Of a stretch of 64,000 nucleotides of DNA, positions 1 through 9,814 are shown one piece after another. Both the position numbers and the translations under genes were made by a program. How positions within the stretch are numbered: position 1 is the first letter of the stretch; each line of letters starts with the position of its first letter. This stretch comes from an uncultured Candidatus Binatia bacterium. GTDB taxonomy: Bacteria > Desulfobacterota > Binatia > UBA9968 > CAXXLF01. The notes beneath the pieces are model-generated. The model saw only the letters and a list, made by a program, of their open reading frames with translations, did not search any database and was not told where the DNA came from. The stretch spans positions 768,001 to 832,000 of the forward strand of contig OZ244621.1 of the NCBI GenBank assembly GCA_965218425.1, given 5' to 3'.

Positions 1-609
1 TTTTCGCAGCAGGAGTTTGGCCTCACTAGGCTTGTCTTCCCGGATTAGGCGGCGAACATCGCCTCGCAACGCCTTTCCCCAGGCTCCGGCACTAGGTATG
101 CATGAGTCGTTTTTCAGCTCCTGCCGCACCTCAGCCGCAATACGAGCAAGCTCGGCATACTCGCGACCGATCCTCTCTTCAAGCTCTTCCCTGACCATCT
201 TGGCAACCGCAGGGCTTCCCCCTCCGGATCCAACGGCAATCGCAAGGGGCCCCCGCTTGAGTACCGACGGTACGATAAAATCACAATGGCTAGGGTCATC
301 CACCGCGTTGATCAATACACCCGACCTTCGGCCCTCTTCAGCCACCGCTTCATTAACACCGCCATCGTCGGTGGCGACAAAGGCAATTTCGTAGCCCTTC
401 AAATCGCCTGATTGAAAGGGGCGGGCAGTATATTTGATCTTTCCTTGATCAAGCCGTAGGCGAAGCTTTTCAGTGAGATCGGGACTGATAACGCAGATAC
501 GAGCGCACACATCAAGGAGGCTTTCCACCTTGCGCTCGGCGACGCTGCCACCGCCTATCACCAAGCAGCGCCGCTCCGTCATCTCAAGAAATAGAGGATA
601 GTATCCCAC
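1..609 (-). CDS. Precorrin-2 dehydrogenase/sirohydrochlorin ferrochelatase (CysG N-terminal/SirC-like), runs off the window edge
   Basis: Manual translation from GTG at 609: MGYYPLFLEMTERRCLVIGGGSVAERKVESLL, later INAVDDPSHCDFIVPSVLKRG and STGGGSP-like motifs. Absent from the ORF track because the stop is outside the window. Confidence 0.9.
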   Translation of the reverse strand, partial: MGYYPLFLEMTERRCLVIGGGSVAERKVESLLDVCARICVISPDLTEKLRLRLDQGKIKYTARPFQSGDLKGYEIAFVATDDGGVNEAVAEEGRRSGVLINAVDDPSHCDFIVPSVLKRGPLAIAVGSGGGSPAVAKMVREELEERIGREYAELARIAAEVRQELKNDSCIPSAGAWGKALRGDVRRLIREDKPSEAKLLLRK

Positions 610-712
610 AGGTTTATTCTCCCGCCCTTAACCCGGAAAAGGGTCGTATCCTGCGATTCGAATCATCTTTTATCAAGCATGAACGATGATCGGTAATCAG
701 CGACTGAATCAT

Positions 713-1600
713 TCACGCCTGCCCGGCAACGTCACCGGTACGGGTCCAATGGGAAAGGATCTTATCAACCTCGGGACGGGTAGACTCTTCCGGCAGCGGA
801 TTGCCACTACCCAGGAGCTCGCGCACCCGGGCACCGGAGAGCGCCACCCTGTGGGAGGCATCGTGCGGGCAGGTCTTGGCCGAGGCCACGGCACCGCACT
901 TACGGCAATAGAAAGTCTCGGCGAAATAGAACGGGGTGATATCCAACTCGCTCCGTTCAAACTGGCCAAAAAGGTCCCAGGCATCGTAGGGACCGTAGTA
1001 TCCACCGAAACCACCTGCATCCCGGCCAACGATGAAATGGGTGCAGCCGTAGTTTTTGCGCACAAGGGCATGGAAGACCGCCTCCCTCGGACCAGCGTAT
1101 CGCATGGCCCCGGGAAATACCGAAAGCATTGCCCGATCCTTAGGGAAATAATGTTCGATCAAGACCTCATAGCAGCGCAGACGCACGTCCGATGGAATAT
1201 CATCGAGTTTCGTCTTCCCCACCAACGGGTGAATTAATAAACCGTCCATGAGCTCAAGAGCACATTTTTGGATATACTCGTGTGATCGGTGAATAGGATT
1301 TCGGGTCTGAAAGCCAACCACCGTACGCCACCCAAGTTTCTTGAAGACGGCCCGCGTCTCCACGGGGTCAAGCCTGTGAGCCTCGAAGGAAGACGGAAGC
1401 GGTGGTCTCTCCAGCAAGTTCACCCTACCCCCAAGGAGAACGTCCCCTCGCTGGTGCAAATACCAGACGCTAGGGTGACGATCCTCGTCGGTTCGATAGA
1501 CCTCCATGGCCTCTTTTTTTTGTCGTATTCAAATTCGTTTTCCAGCTTAAGAATACCGACCACTTCCCCCTCTGAGTCCAGCAGCGCCACGTCCTCCCCC
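713..1600 (-). pseudogene. sat: Sulfate adenylyltransferase (Sat), N-terminally deleted and frameshifted
   Basis: [26 protein letters not shown] and CxxC...TCPH motifs. The Sat-like segment VALLDSEGEVVGIL...YDKKK lies in another frame across an A8 run at 1514-1521. Confidence 0.85.
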
Positions 1601-1731
1601 CCAAAGCTCGAGGCCAGCCCCACCCCCGATGAGTACTCTTTGAGGGCCCAACCCAACAGATCCTGCGCGGTCTGGCCTTCAAACTGCTGATTCAATTCTT
1701 TCCAGTCATAATCCTTAGCTGCCAACGACAT
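1577..1731 (-). pseudogene. cysH: N-terminal ~50 codons of a PAPS/APS reductase (CysH), fused to the sat remnant
   Basis: ELNQQFEGQTAQDLLGWAL...LASSFGGEDVALLD is the CysH N-terminal pattern. RBS AGGAGG upstream. The rest of CysH is absent. Confidence 0.8.
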
Positions 1732-1778
1732 TCACCCGTACCTCCTAGATTCATTTATTTTGAGCTTATAGGCTGACT

Positions 1779-2363
1779 TTACGAATCGACGATATCACCA
1801 AGATTTTTCAGCAACGTGGCCGCATCAAACTTGGCTGAGGACTTCAATCGCACGGCGAATCGCTGCTGGGGATCCTCCTCCCGCTGGAAGGTAAACTCTG
1901 CGCCGCCGAATAACCGCTGCCCCAGTGATTCCAGGTCCGACTTCACAGATTGAAAAGTTTCTTCGGTATTCGGCGCCAGAAGACGGTCGTTGATCATAAA
2001 CAGGGTTTCATCACCGGAAAACCTAAATTTCCCCTCGAGGGAAGGCTCCTCTTCTAACCTACGGCAATATTCCAGAGTCGTTTTAACCGCGCGACGGATC
2101 TTCTCCCCATTGGTCCCCTGAAGAGGCTGCTTTCGGTTGTAAAGAAGGCCCAGCCGGTTCGCTGAATTGTCGATGCTTAGGTTTGCCTCATGGGCTACAA
2201 GAAGAATGCCGGGCCCGGCGTGCATATGGCTGTAATCCGCCACGTCATGGTATTCTCCGTCCGTGGCCTGGATCCAAGAATGAAAGATTGGAACAAATGC
2301 CACCAAGGGAATACCATCAGGGTCCGCAACAAATACTTTTATATTGATCTTCTGTAGGTCCAT
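1779..2363 (-). CDS. Hypothetical protein in the sulfite reductase operon
   Basis: 194 aa ORF tightly spaced (14 nt) after the sulfite reductase gene. Confidence 0.8.
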   Translation of the reverse strand: MDLQKINIKVFVADPDGIPLVAFVPIFHSWIQATDGEYHDVADYSHMHAGPGILLVAHEANLSIDNSANRLGLLYNRKQPLQGTNGEKIRRAVKTTLEYCRRLEEEPSLEGKFRFSGDETLFMINDRLLAPNTEETFQSVKSDLESLGQRLFGGAEFTFQREEDPQQRFAVRLKSSAKFDAATLLKNLGDIVDS

Positions 2364-2377
2364 ATCAGCAAATCAAT

Positions 2378-4651
2378 TCACGGGAGGGCCCTGCCCCCTT
2401 GGAGCCGGCCGAAGCAACTGTGGGCGGCGTCGATAAAAAGCTGGGCCTCCTCGATTCGCTGGCGGGCTAGATCGCCTGTGGTATGCCCGTTGCCACCATT
2501 GCCCTGTAGAGATTCTTTGGCGATGAATAGAAAATCCGCAAATTTGCTTCCGGCATACTTGTCGTAAAACAAGCCGGTGTCACAAAATCGCTTGCGGAAC
2601 TCCGCCAATACCACCTCTTCGTCATCCGTGACATCCGCGTTTTGAATTTTGACAAGACCTTGAGCGGCATGGACCATGGAGAGATAGGCGGTCTGAACTG
2701 CTTTCCCGAAATCCTCGTCGTCAAAGAAAAATTGGGATTCGAAAAGCTCCCGCTCGCTAGCCGCCAGTGCGAATTGCGTCTGGGACACAACCTCACCAGC
2801 GCATTCCCCAACCCCCATATCCGTTAGGGTGAACTCCCGCGGATCACCCCAGTCGCTATACAGGGAAGAATCCAGGTCATGGGAAGGGACTGATGTAAGA
2901 TCCTCAAGCAGCCCCTTAACTTTCACCTTACCGATTCTTCCAATGAAATCTTGAAAGCTCTCTCCCCTGAGCCGGTCCTGAACGTAGCGATCGGTCACCC
3001 GGACAACCACATCCGGAATACGTTTCGACGGCACCGCGCCCACGGCCAGTCCATAGGCCCCGGCATTTTTCTTCCACTTACCTCCTAACATCACCTGGAA
3101 GTGAGGCACGGTGTAGCTGCCAATGTGCCTGCTGATGCCGTAAAACCCCAGGTCGGCCACATGGTGCTGGCCGCAACCGTTGAAACAACCGCTCACCTTG
3201 ATGCGAAGGTCCTTGACCGCTTCGTCCAGTTGAAGGCTCTTTTCACCCAGACGAGTACGCAACTCGTTGGCAAGACCTCGGGATGATGCGATTCCCAGCT
3301 TGCAGGTGTCCGTTCCCGGGCACGCCGTAACATCCACAATGGTACCGGCGTTGGGCTCACCTAGACCCATGGCACAGAGGGCTTTGTAAATTTCGGGCAG
3401 GTCTGATTCGCTCACCCATCGAAAGAGAATATTCTGTTCCACGGTTGTTCGGATGCTATCCTTGACGAAACGGCGCGCCAGAGCGGCCAGGCCCCGGAAC
3501 TGATCCGCGGTGATATCACCCAAGGGCAAGGTCACACCCGCCACAACATGGCCAGTCTGTCTCTGGGAGTAGACGTTTGTGGCACGCCAGGCCTTGAACC
3601 CTGCCGACACTTCCGAGCCATTAAAACTGGCACCTTTCTTTAGTGGCACCTCCATAGGAGCATTGACTGTGGAAAGATACTCGGTCCAGTGGGGGTCGGA
3701 TGTGAGTTTTTCGCGCTCCTCCAACACCAGCCTGCAAAACTCCTCGATTCCTAGCCTGGCCACAAGAAACTTGATCCGTGCGCGGGCCCGATTGCGCTTT
3801 TCCCCCAACCGGGCGAAGACCCGCACAATGGCCTGTGCCATGGGTAGGAGCTCTTGTTCCGGGAGGAATTCGTCAAACAGCTTTGCCTGATGGGGCACCG
3901 CCCCAAGCCCCCCACCCACGTAGAACTCAAAGCCCCGCTGTTCTTTCCCATCCACAACTCTCTTCTTTGCGATGGCCCCCATATCATGCATGCTGGTCAG
4001 TCCGCAGGCCTCCTCTTTGCAGCCCGAAAAGGCAATCTTGAATTTTCTGCCAAAGTCCTGGGTGTCGGGATGACCCAACAGGAACTCAGCGCAGGCCTTT
4101 GCATAGGGAGTCACGTCAAAAGCCTCACCCTTACACACCCCCGCAATGGGGCAGGCCGTCACATTGCGAACAACGTTGCCGCAGGCCTCCCGGGTGGTGA
4201 TCCCCACAGCGGCAAGCCGACGCATCAAGATGGGCGTGTCATCGATATGGATAAAATGATATTGAATGTCCTGGCGTGTGGTGACATGAGAAACCCCGTC
4301 AGAGTATTCCTCTGACAGATCTGCCAAAACCTCCATCTGCTCAGGATTGAGTCCGCCGAAGGGGATCTTAATCCGTAACATCCCGGGGGCATCCCATACC
4401 GTTTCAGGTCCCTTGGTGAGATCCCCGGAGGGTAACTTGAGCTTCTGTACCCGAGTCCCATCATGCCGCTGTCCATTGTCGTAGCGCTGGCCGTAGACAC
4501 CGCGCCGCAGGCGGGTTTCAGCAAAGACCTTCTCCTCGATCTTGCCCTGCTTGCGAAGCTCAATCTGGGTCTCAAATATATCGATCTCTCGAGCGAGCTC
4601 AGGGGACATGCTAGGAGCAAGCTTTTCTTTCCAACTCAAAATATTACTCAT
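2378..4651 (-). CDS. Siroheme/4Fe-4S sulfite (nitrite/sulfite) reductase with a C-terminal HEPN-like extension
   Basis: TTRQDIQ, RKFKIAFSGC, CPGTDTC and SGCFNGCGQH motifs; neighbours are cysH, sat and a siroheme synthesis gene. Confidence 0.9.
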   Translation of the reverse strand: MSNILSWKEKLAPSMSPELAREIDIFETQIELRKQGKIEEKVFAETRLRRGVYGQRYDNGQRHDGTRVQKLKLPSGDLTKGPETVWDAPGMLRIKIPFGGLNPEQMEVLADLSEEYSDGVSHVTTRQDIQYHFIHIDDTPILMRRLAAVGITTREACGNVVRNVTACPIAGVCKGEAFDVTPYAKACAEFLLGHPDTQDFGRKFKIAFSGCKEEACGLTSMHDMGAIAKKRVVDGKEQRGFEFYVGGGLGAVPHQAKLFDEFLPEQELLPMAQAIVRVFARLGEKRNRARARIKFLVARLGIEEFCRLVLEEREKLTSDPHWTEYLSTVNAPMEVPLKKGASFNGSEVSAGFKAWRATNVYSQRQTGHVVAGVTLPLGDITADQFRGLAALARRFVKDSIRTTVEQNILFRWVSESDLPEIYKALCAMGLGEPNAGTIVDVTACPGTDTCKLGIASSRGLANELRTRLGEKSLQLDEAVKDLRIKVSGCFNGCGQHHVADLGFYGISRHIGSYTVPHFQVMLGGKWKKNAGAYGLAVGAVPSKRIPDVVVRVTDRYVQDRLRGESFQDFIGRIGKVKVKGLLEDLTSVPSHDLDSSLYSDWGDPREFTLTDMGVGECAGEVVSQTQFALAASERELFESQFFFDDEDFGKAVQTAYLSMVHAAQGLVKIQNADVTDDEEVVLAEFRKRFCDTGLFYDKYAGSKFADFLFIAKESLQGNGGNGHTTGDLARQRIEEAQLFIDAAHSCFGRLQGGRALP

Positions 4652-4720
4652 AAGGCCACCTCCTCAAAGGACTGGCATTATTTTTTATAAATACAATCAA
4701 AAAAGTTAAGAATACTAACG

Positions 4721-4750
4721 TTTATATAATATTCCGATAGGTAATGTCAA
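4721..4750 (-). promoter_or_regulatory. Putative sigma70 promoter of the sulfur assimilation operon
   Basis: Minus strand TTGACA (4750-4745), 18 nt spacer, TATAAA (4726-4721), about 70 nt upstream of the ATG. Confidence 0.55.
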
Positions 4751-4771
4751 GATTAAAACAAAATTAAATTT

Positions 4772-5478
4772 GGGTCATGCCTAGCTGAGTGGGTTTTCGC
4801 ATAGGTACTGTAGCAGGGTTCGATACTTGTTGGAACCTCGACGGTTGTATCGCCATTCGGTTTCCTTGAGATGGAGGTGCAAGGTGTGTTTGGGCAGGCC
4901 TTTGAACCTTGCCAGCCTGACCTTCGCCAGAGCCCACAAGCCCTAGATGCCGTTGATATGGACGGCCCCCTTGGTGAACTCCTCCTTGCAATGATCGACG
5001 CGGAAGTGACCATAGCCGAGATCGACTAGGGCGTTGTAGCCACGCCAGCCATCGGAATGGATGACGGTGCTGGCGTCCACCCGGCCCCGGATAATGCCCT
5101 GTAACGTCGGCTTCGAGCAATCCGAGACGATCTCGGTGTAGACTTGCCCCTGGCGCTCGAAGATGCCGAAGACGGCTGTTTTGCCGTAGGCACCGCGCCC
5201 CAAACAAGCTCTCATCGACCTCGACGACACCAAACAAGGGACGCTGCGTTTCACAACCAAGCACAATACGCTCCCTCAAGCCACGGTAGAGCCGGTTCAC
5301 GGTGTGGCGGTTCAGACCGCTCAGAGCCGCCGCCTGGAGTGCGGTCAAATCAGCGGCAAAACAGCGCACGACCCCCCGGATCTTGGCCTCAGAAGTCCTT
5401 GAACGCTTCGCATGCTTGTTTTTCATTGCCATGTATAGCCTTATGCATCATTCTATATTCCTCAGCTAGGCATGACCC
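4772..5478 (-). mobile_element. IS1595-family insertion sequence (IS1016-like, 707 bp)
   Basis: Perfect 18-bp terminal inverted repeats GGGTCATGCCTAGCTGAG (4772-4789 and 5461-5478); 8-bp target duplication TTAAATTT (4764-4771 and 5479-5486). Confidence 0.95.
4781..5432 (-). pseudogene. IS1595 transposase, inactivated
   Basis: VEVDES, HSDGWRGY and HINGI*G...KETEWRYN motifs are split across frames; frameshift near 5195 and TAG at 4943-4945. Confidence 0.9.
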
Positions 5479-5660
5479 TTAAATTTTATGCCCACAGGAG
5501 CAATTTAAACATTTTTCTTCCTAAATAACAAATTTTACCAATCAATAAAGTCTATATTACTAATAATAAAATAGATCTATAAAGTCAAGCTTATGGTAAA
5601 GAAGCTAACAGGATGACGGGGCTAAAGGACCAAGAGGAATATCGACTTTAGCGAAGGTGG

Positions 5661-6863
5661 TCAACGCCTTGGAATTTTGAGTTGCTGACCGACGGTAATG
5701 AAGTGGATGTTCGAAAGCCCGTTGAGGCTCTGAATTTCACGGATGGGGATTCGATAGGCATTGGCGATATGGGAGAGGGTCTCTCCCCGTGCGACCTGAT
5801 GTCGCACCCAGAGCCCAGCCACCGCCTTTTCATAGGCTCGGGTAAGAACTTCCAGCCGCTCCGCAGGCACTTTCACTCGATACCACTTTGGGATGACTCT
5901 GATCCTGCGGCTCAATGCTGGGTTCCAGGCGAGAAACTGCTTGCGCGAAACATCGGCAAATCGAAGCAAAAATGAGACGGAAATGAGCTGATCCATCTTC
6001 AACTCTGCGAAGTTAACCGGTGTATGGTACTCCAAATCGGGTAAATACTCTTCATCGCGTTTTGCTACGTCCACCGCGGCCAGAAACTCTGCGTAAAAAT
6101 TCTTAGACGACACACCGAAACGGCGGCCCTTGTATTTACGGATTATTTCCATGAAATCGTCGGTGCCAACTCTTGCAATTGCCCGGCGTATACCGTTCCG
6201 TCCATGATTGTAAGCGGTAATTGCTAAGGGCCAACTGCCAAACATGTCGTAGTTTTCCGCCAATAAACTGGCGGCGGCGCGGGTGGATTCCAGTGGATCC
6301 TTCCTCTCGTCCACGGTGGATGTGATTCGGAGGTATTTTCGTCCTGTCCTGCGTATAAACTGCCACATGCCCACCGCACCCGCACTTGAGCGAGCATTCA
6401 CCTGAAAAGACGATTCGATGAGGGGTAAGTACGCAAGCTCCACAGGCAGACCACGCTCCTGAAAAACTGCTTGAATCTGTTCTATATAACGCTCGGAGCG
6501 CTCCATTCCCAAGATAAAGTTCTCTTTTGCCCCTCGCTGCCCCAAAACCCTGTGCCTCGACTCGAGGCCGTGTTGACGAACAATTCTCATGCGTTCGCGA
6601 CGCACGAGGCTACGGACACGTCGTCTTTTGCCCACTCGCATAACCTTGTATATCTTCGACGGATCCATGGGGTCGTAAAAAACAATTTCTTCTGTACTAT
6701 ATTTAGTAAAGATCTGCTTCCAAAATTCGATGGCCGGCTCAAGTCCGGAGGGAACCGGGAAAGGACTGGCCCCTGCGGAATCCTCCTGGCCCACCGCACG
6801 GAAGGAAACCAAGGAGACTACAAGCAATAAAAGACAAATGGGAAGTCGTTTGGAAAAAACCAT
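5661..6863 (-). CDS. Lytic transglycosylase (SLT) with C-terminal LysM domain, MltD-like
   Basis: LPLIESSF, GAVGMWQF, AITAYNHG and GETLSHIA LysM motifs; signal peptide from ATG at 6863. Confidence 0.9.
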   Translation of the reverse strand: MVFSKRLPICLLLLVVSLVSFRAVGQEDSAGASPFPVPSGLEPAIEFWKQIFTKYSTEEIVFYDPMDPSKIYKVMRVGKRRRVRSLVRRERMRIVRQHGLESRHRVLGQRGAKENFILGMERSERYIEQIQAVFQERGLPVELAYLPLIESSFQVNARSSAGAVGMWQFIRRTGRKYLRITSTVDERKDPLESTRAAASLLAENYDMFGSWPLAITAYNHGRNGIRRAIARVGTDDFMEIIRKYKGRRFGVSSKNFYAEFLAAVDVAKRDEEYLPDLEYHTPVNFAELKMDQLISVSFLLRFADVSRKQFLAWNPALSRRIRVIPKWYRVKVPAERLEVLTRAYEKAVAGLWVRHQVARGETLSHIANAYRIPIREIQSLNGLSNIHFITVGQQLKIPRR

Positions 6864-6930
6864 GCGCCCCGCCCACCGGATGAAAGATTTCAATATGATA
6901 TCGGCTGAACCACCAAGGGTCAAGAAAAAT

Positions 6931-6970
6931 CAAAAAAAAGGACCCGGCATTGCCATCGCATGCCTGGGGT
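6931..6970 (-). terminator. Intrinsic-terminator-like hairpin with U tract
   Basis: Minus strand CCCAGGCATGC-GATG-GCAATGCCGGG-TCC followed by a T run. Confidence 0.45.
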
Positions 6971-7000
6971 GATAGAAGATAAAAAATGAGGTGAATTCCT

Positions 7001-7561
7001 ATGAAACTCTTTTCTTCCAGTAGTTGACCTTTCGCCCACAGGACTAGGCTTGTCCTGGCAGAGAAAAATATTCCTTACGAGCTTATCGAGGTGGACTTAA
7101 AAAATAAGCCAAAGGAACTCTGGGAGCAAAACCCATACGGGAAGGTTCCTGTACTTATGGACGGCGACGTGACCGTTTACGAATCTGCCATCATCAACGA
7201 ATACCTCGATGAAAAGTTTCCCCAAGTTCCTTTGGTACCAACGGACTTAGCCCAAAGGGCGCGCATGAGGATCTGGATTGACTTCTGCAATACCAGGCTC
7301 CAGCAGGCGGCAAGCAACTATCGGCACGGGCACGAAGTAGAAAAAGCGAAAAAGAATCTCAAAAAGCACCTCCTCACCCTGGACCGGGAAATGACGGATC
7401 GGGAATATCTTGTTGGCAGCTACTCCTTGGCGGACTTAACCTACATCCCATTCTTTGTACGCCAGCCACGCTACGGGTATACCGTCGACGATAGCACCCC
7501 CCATGTTAAGGCATGGATGGACCGCCTCCTGGCACGCCCGGCCCTGAGAGCCGAGCCCTGA
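7001..7561 (+). CDS. Glutathione S-transferase, probable selenoprotein (Sec at codon 9)
   Basis: RBS GAGGTG, then ATG at 7001: MKLFSSSS[TGA 7025-7027]PFAHRTRLVLAEKNIPYELIEVDLKNKP, in frame with NPYGKVPVL...YESAIINEYL. Confidence 0.8.
7034..7059 (+). promoter_or_regulatory. Candidate bacterial SECIS stem-loop
   Basis: CAGGAC (7039-7044) pairs with GTCCTG (7052-7057) around TAGGCTT; the stem starts 11 nt after the UGA. Confidence 0.6.
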
Positions 7562-7573
7562 ACCGACAAGGGT

Positions 7574-8668
7574 TTAAAACCCGTAAAACCGTTTAGCGTT
7601 ATCTTCGAGTATCCTTTTCTTCGCCGAAACGGAAAGGTCTCTTCGTTCGCCCAATAACCTGGCCGTTCCCTCGGTGCGATCGGCGTGGGGATAGTCTGAG
7701 GAGTACATAAGTAAATCCTCGCCCATTTCACCCACCGCACGACCAAGGTACGTTTCGTCCCCCTCACAGCCAAAAAAGATCCTACCCGAGCGGAGATATT
7801 CGCTTGGAGGACGAGAGATCAACTGACGCGCATGATAACGGGGATTTTCAAAATGGTTGTCCATGCGTTCCACATAGGAGGCCACCCAATTACACCCCCC
7901 CTCGAGAAAGGCAAAGCGTAGATTCGGATACCGTTCCATAAGACCGGTACAAAGAACGCTGGTCAATCCAGCCATAACGGGAAACACGCCCGCTAGCACG
8001 CGGGTTGGGAAAAAATGATGGAAGAGATCAGTGACTCCGGGAAATTCAAGGCTAAAGTGAATTGCGATGGGTATCTGCAATCGATCCGCCTGTGCGAAAA
8101 AGGCATCGTGGTGGGGATGATCCAGGCGCTTATCCCCCACTGTCCCATTGATCATGACTGCGGCCAGACCCAGCTCCTTTAAATGTGACAGCTCTTGCGC
8201 CGCTCCCTCGGGATCGCGAAGGCACACCAGCCCCAAACCTTTCAACCGGTGAGGCGCCGCCCCACAGGCTTTGCCGAGCCATGTATTGTAAGCAGAACAG
8301 ACGCCGTTTCCCAACACACCATCATCCCAAGAGTTAATGTGCAGAAGAAAGCTGGGAAAGAGAAACTGAACGTCAATGCCCTCCTTGTCCAAATCATCCA
8401 GCCGCTCTTTGACATTGGCAAGAGTCTGACTCCCAACGGACGCCCGGCGGAACTTGGCCAGCTCCCCGCCGGGGGGCGCCGCCGACCCTGGATTGAATGC
8501 CCCGGGGTTTTTCGGACGCCGATAACGAGTCTGTCCATCCATGACCCAAAAGTTATGACCCTCGTCATCGGCGATGAGCCGCGGACGGTACTTGCGCAGT
8601 GAAGGCTCCATATATTTTTCAAACACCTCCTCCGTCTCAAAGAGGTGCCCATCAGCATCAATGATCAT
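7574..8668 (-). CDS. Amidohydrolase_2 family protein
   Basis: IIDADGH, FAFLEGGCNW and YSSDYPH motifs. Confidence 0.9.
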   Translation of the reverse strand: MIIDADGHLFETEEVFEKYMEPSLRKYRPRLIADDEGHNFWVMDGQTRYRRPKNPGAFNPGSAAPPGGELAKFRRASVGSQTLANVKERLDDLDKEGIDVQFLFPSFLLHINSWDDGVLGNGVCSAYNTWLGKACGAAPHRLKGLGLVCLRDPEGAAQELSHLKELGLAAVMINGTVGDKRLDHPHHDAFFAQADRLQIPIAIHFSLEFPGVTDLFHHFFPTRVLAGVFPVMAGLTSVLCTGLMERYPNLRFAFLEGGCNWVASYVERMDNHFENPRYHARQLISRPPSEYLRSGRIFFGCEGDETYLGRAVGEMGEDLLMYSSDYPHADRTEGTARLLGERRDLSVSAKKRILEDNAKRFYGF

Positions 8669-8732
8669 TTATTCCTCCGTCCGGACAAACTTCCCCCATT
8701 GCAGTGAAACAAACTAAAAATTACGCTCACAC

Positions 8733-9515
8733 CTAGGGCTTTGAACTGGGTTCGTGGGCAAGCGCAGAACGAACCGCGGCGTTAATAGCAGGGGTCATTG
8801 GATTTTCTATTTCTTCTCCGACGTGGGCCATGGCACCCAAGGTCCTACCCAGAAGGGCAAATGTTTTCGTCATTTGCCAAGGGAATTCCATGTCCAAGGC
8901 AATGGCGGCAATGGCCCCGGTAACGTTAACCGGCAACTTACGCTTGTATTCACTCGCCGCCACCAAGGCAATCTTCCTCAGCAATTCGCAGTAGCGTCCA
9001 TAAATTTTGGTTTCCCTGGCGATCTCGAACAACCGATCGGAGCGAGGGTCCCCACCCGGGTGAATGCGATGGCCGATCCCGGCAATGCGTCCACCCACTT
9101 TCGTATGGCGTTCCACCACCGACTTTGCGATGGTCTCCAGGTCGGCTTCTCGCGGCTCTTGAGACAAGGCCTCCCACAGCATTTTTGCCGACCACTCGGA
9201 CGAGCCTAGGTGGACACTGCCAGCTCCCACCACAGCCGCCGCCACCGCACCTTGAATCGCTTCGGGAGCCGTGGAGTAGGTCAATCGGGCGGCAATAACG
9301 CTGGCGTTCAAACCATGTTCCACTAAAACCGTCAACAACGCATCCACCATGCGTGTTTCACCGGCATTTGGAAGACGCCCCATTAACATGAGGAATGTCA
9401 TCTGGCTAAAAGTGATTTTTCCCAGCAACTCCTTGATCAGATCATGGTCTCTGACCAGGATCCTATCCGATTCGGCCCTACCCAGTTTCGTGACGATTTT
9501 TAGTTCCCCAGCCAT
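8733..9515 (-). CDS. Citryl-CoA lyase / citrate synthase-like protein
   Basis: LVEHG, IAGIGHRIH..GDPR and LPVNVTGAIAA motifs; 260 aa. Confidence 0.85.
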   Translation of the reverse strand: MAGELKIVTKLGRAESDRILVRDHDLIKELLGKITFSQMTFLMLMGRLPNAGETRMVDALLTVLVEHGLNASVIAARLTYSTAPEAIQGAVAAAVVGAGSVHLGSSEWSAKMLWEALSQEPREADLETIAKSVVERHTKVGGRIAGIGHRIHPGGDPRSDRLFEIARETKIYGRYCELLRKIALVAASEYKRKLPVNVTGAIAAIALDMEFPWQMTKTFALLGRTLGAMAHVGEEIENPMTPAINAAVRSALAHEPSSKP

Positions 9516-9814
9516 AACGTGCCCTCCTCTTCCGTTCGTTGGTTTTCAACCCGTGCCGTTGGGAGGGGACGTATTTTGGATTAGTACAGAGCTGACGTCA
9601 AGGGGCGAATGGTTTTCCCTCGGTGGAAAAATTAAGGACTCATTCGACGATTCAAATGGAAATGACGTATGTTGCAGCCTCAAAGGTAACGGTTGCCGTT
9701 AATCTTGAGAATGGACTGATAGATCAACGGTCCTGGGAACGTTAGTGGCGTCCCACATTGGCATCACACCTATGCCCAGGGAAGAGACCTGAGCGGTTTC
9801 GTTATAGCGCTATC

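Noticed and set aside
713..4651. Dissimilatory sulfate reduction
   Set aside because: The reductase is the assimilatory single-chain type next to cysH; no dsrAB or aprAB.
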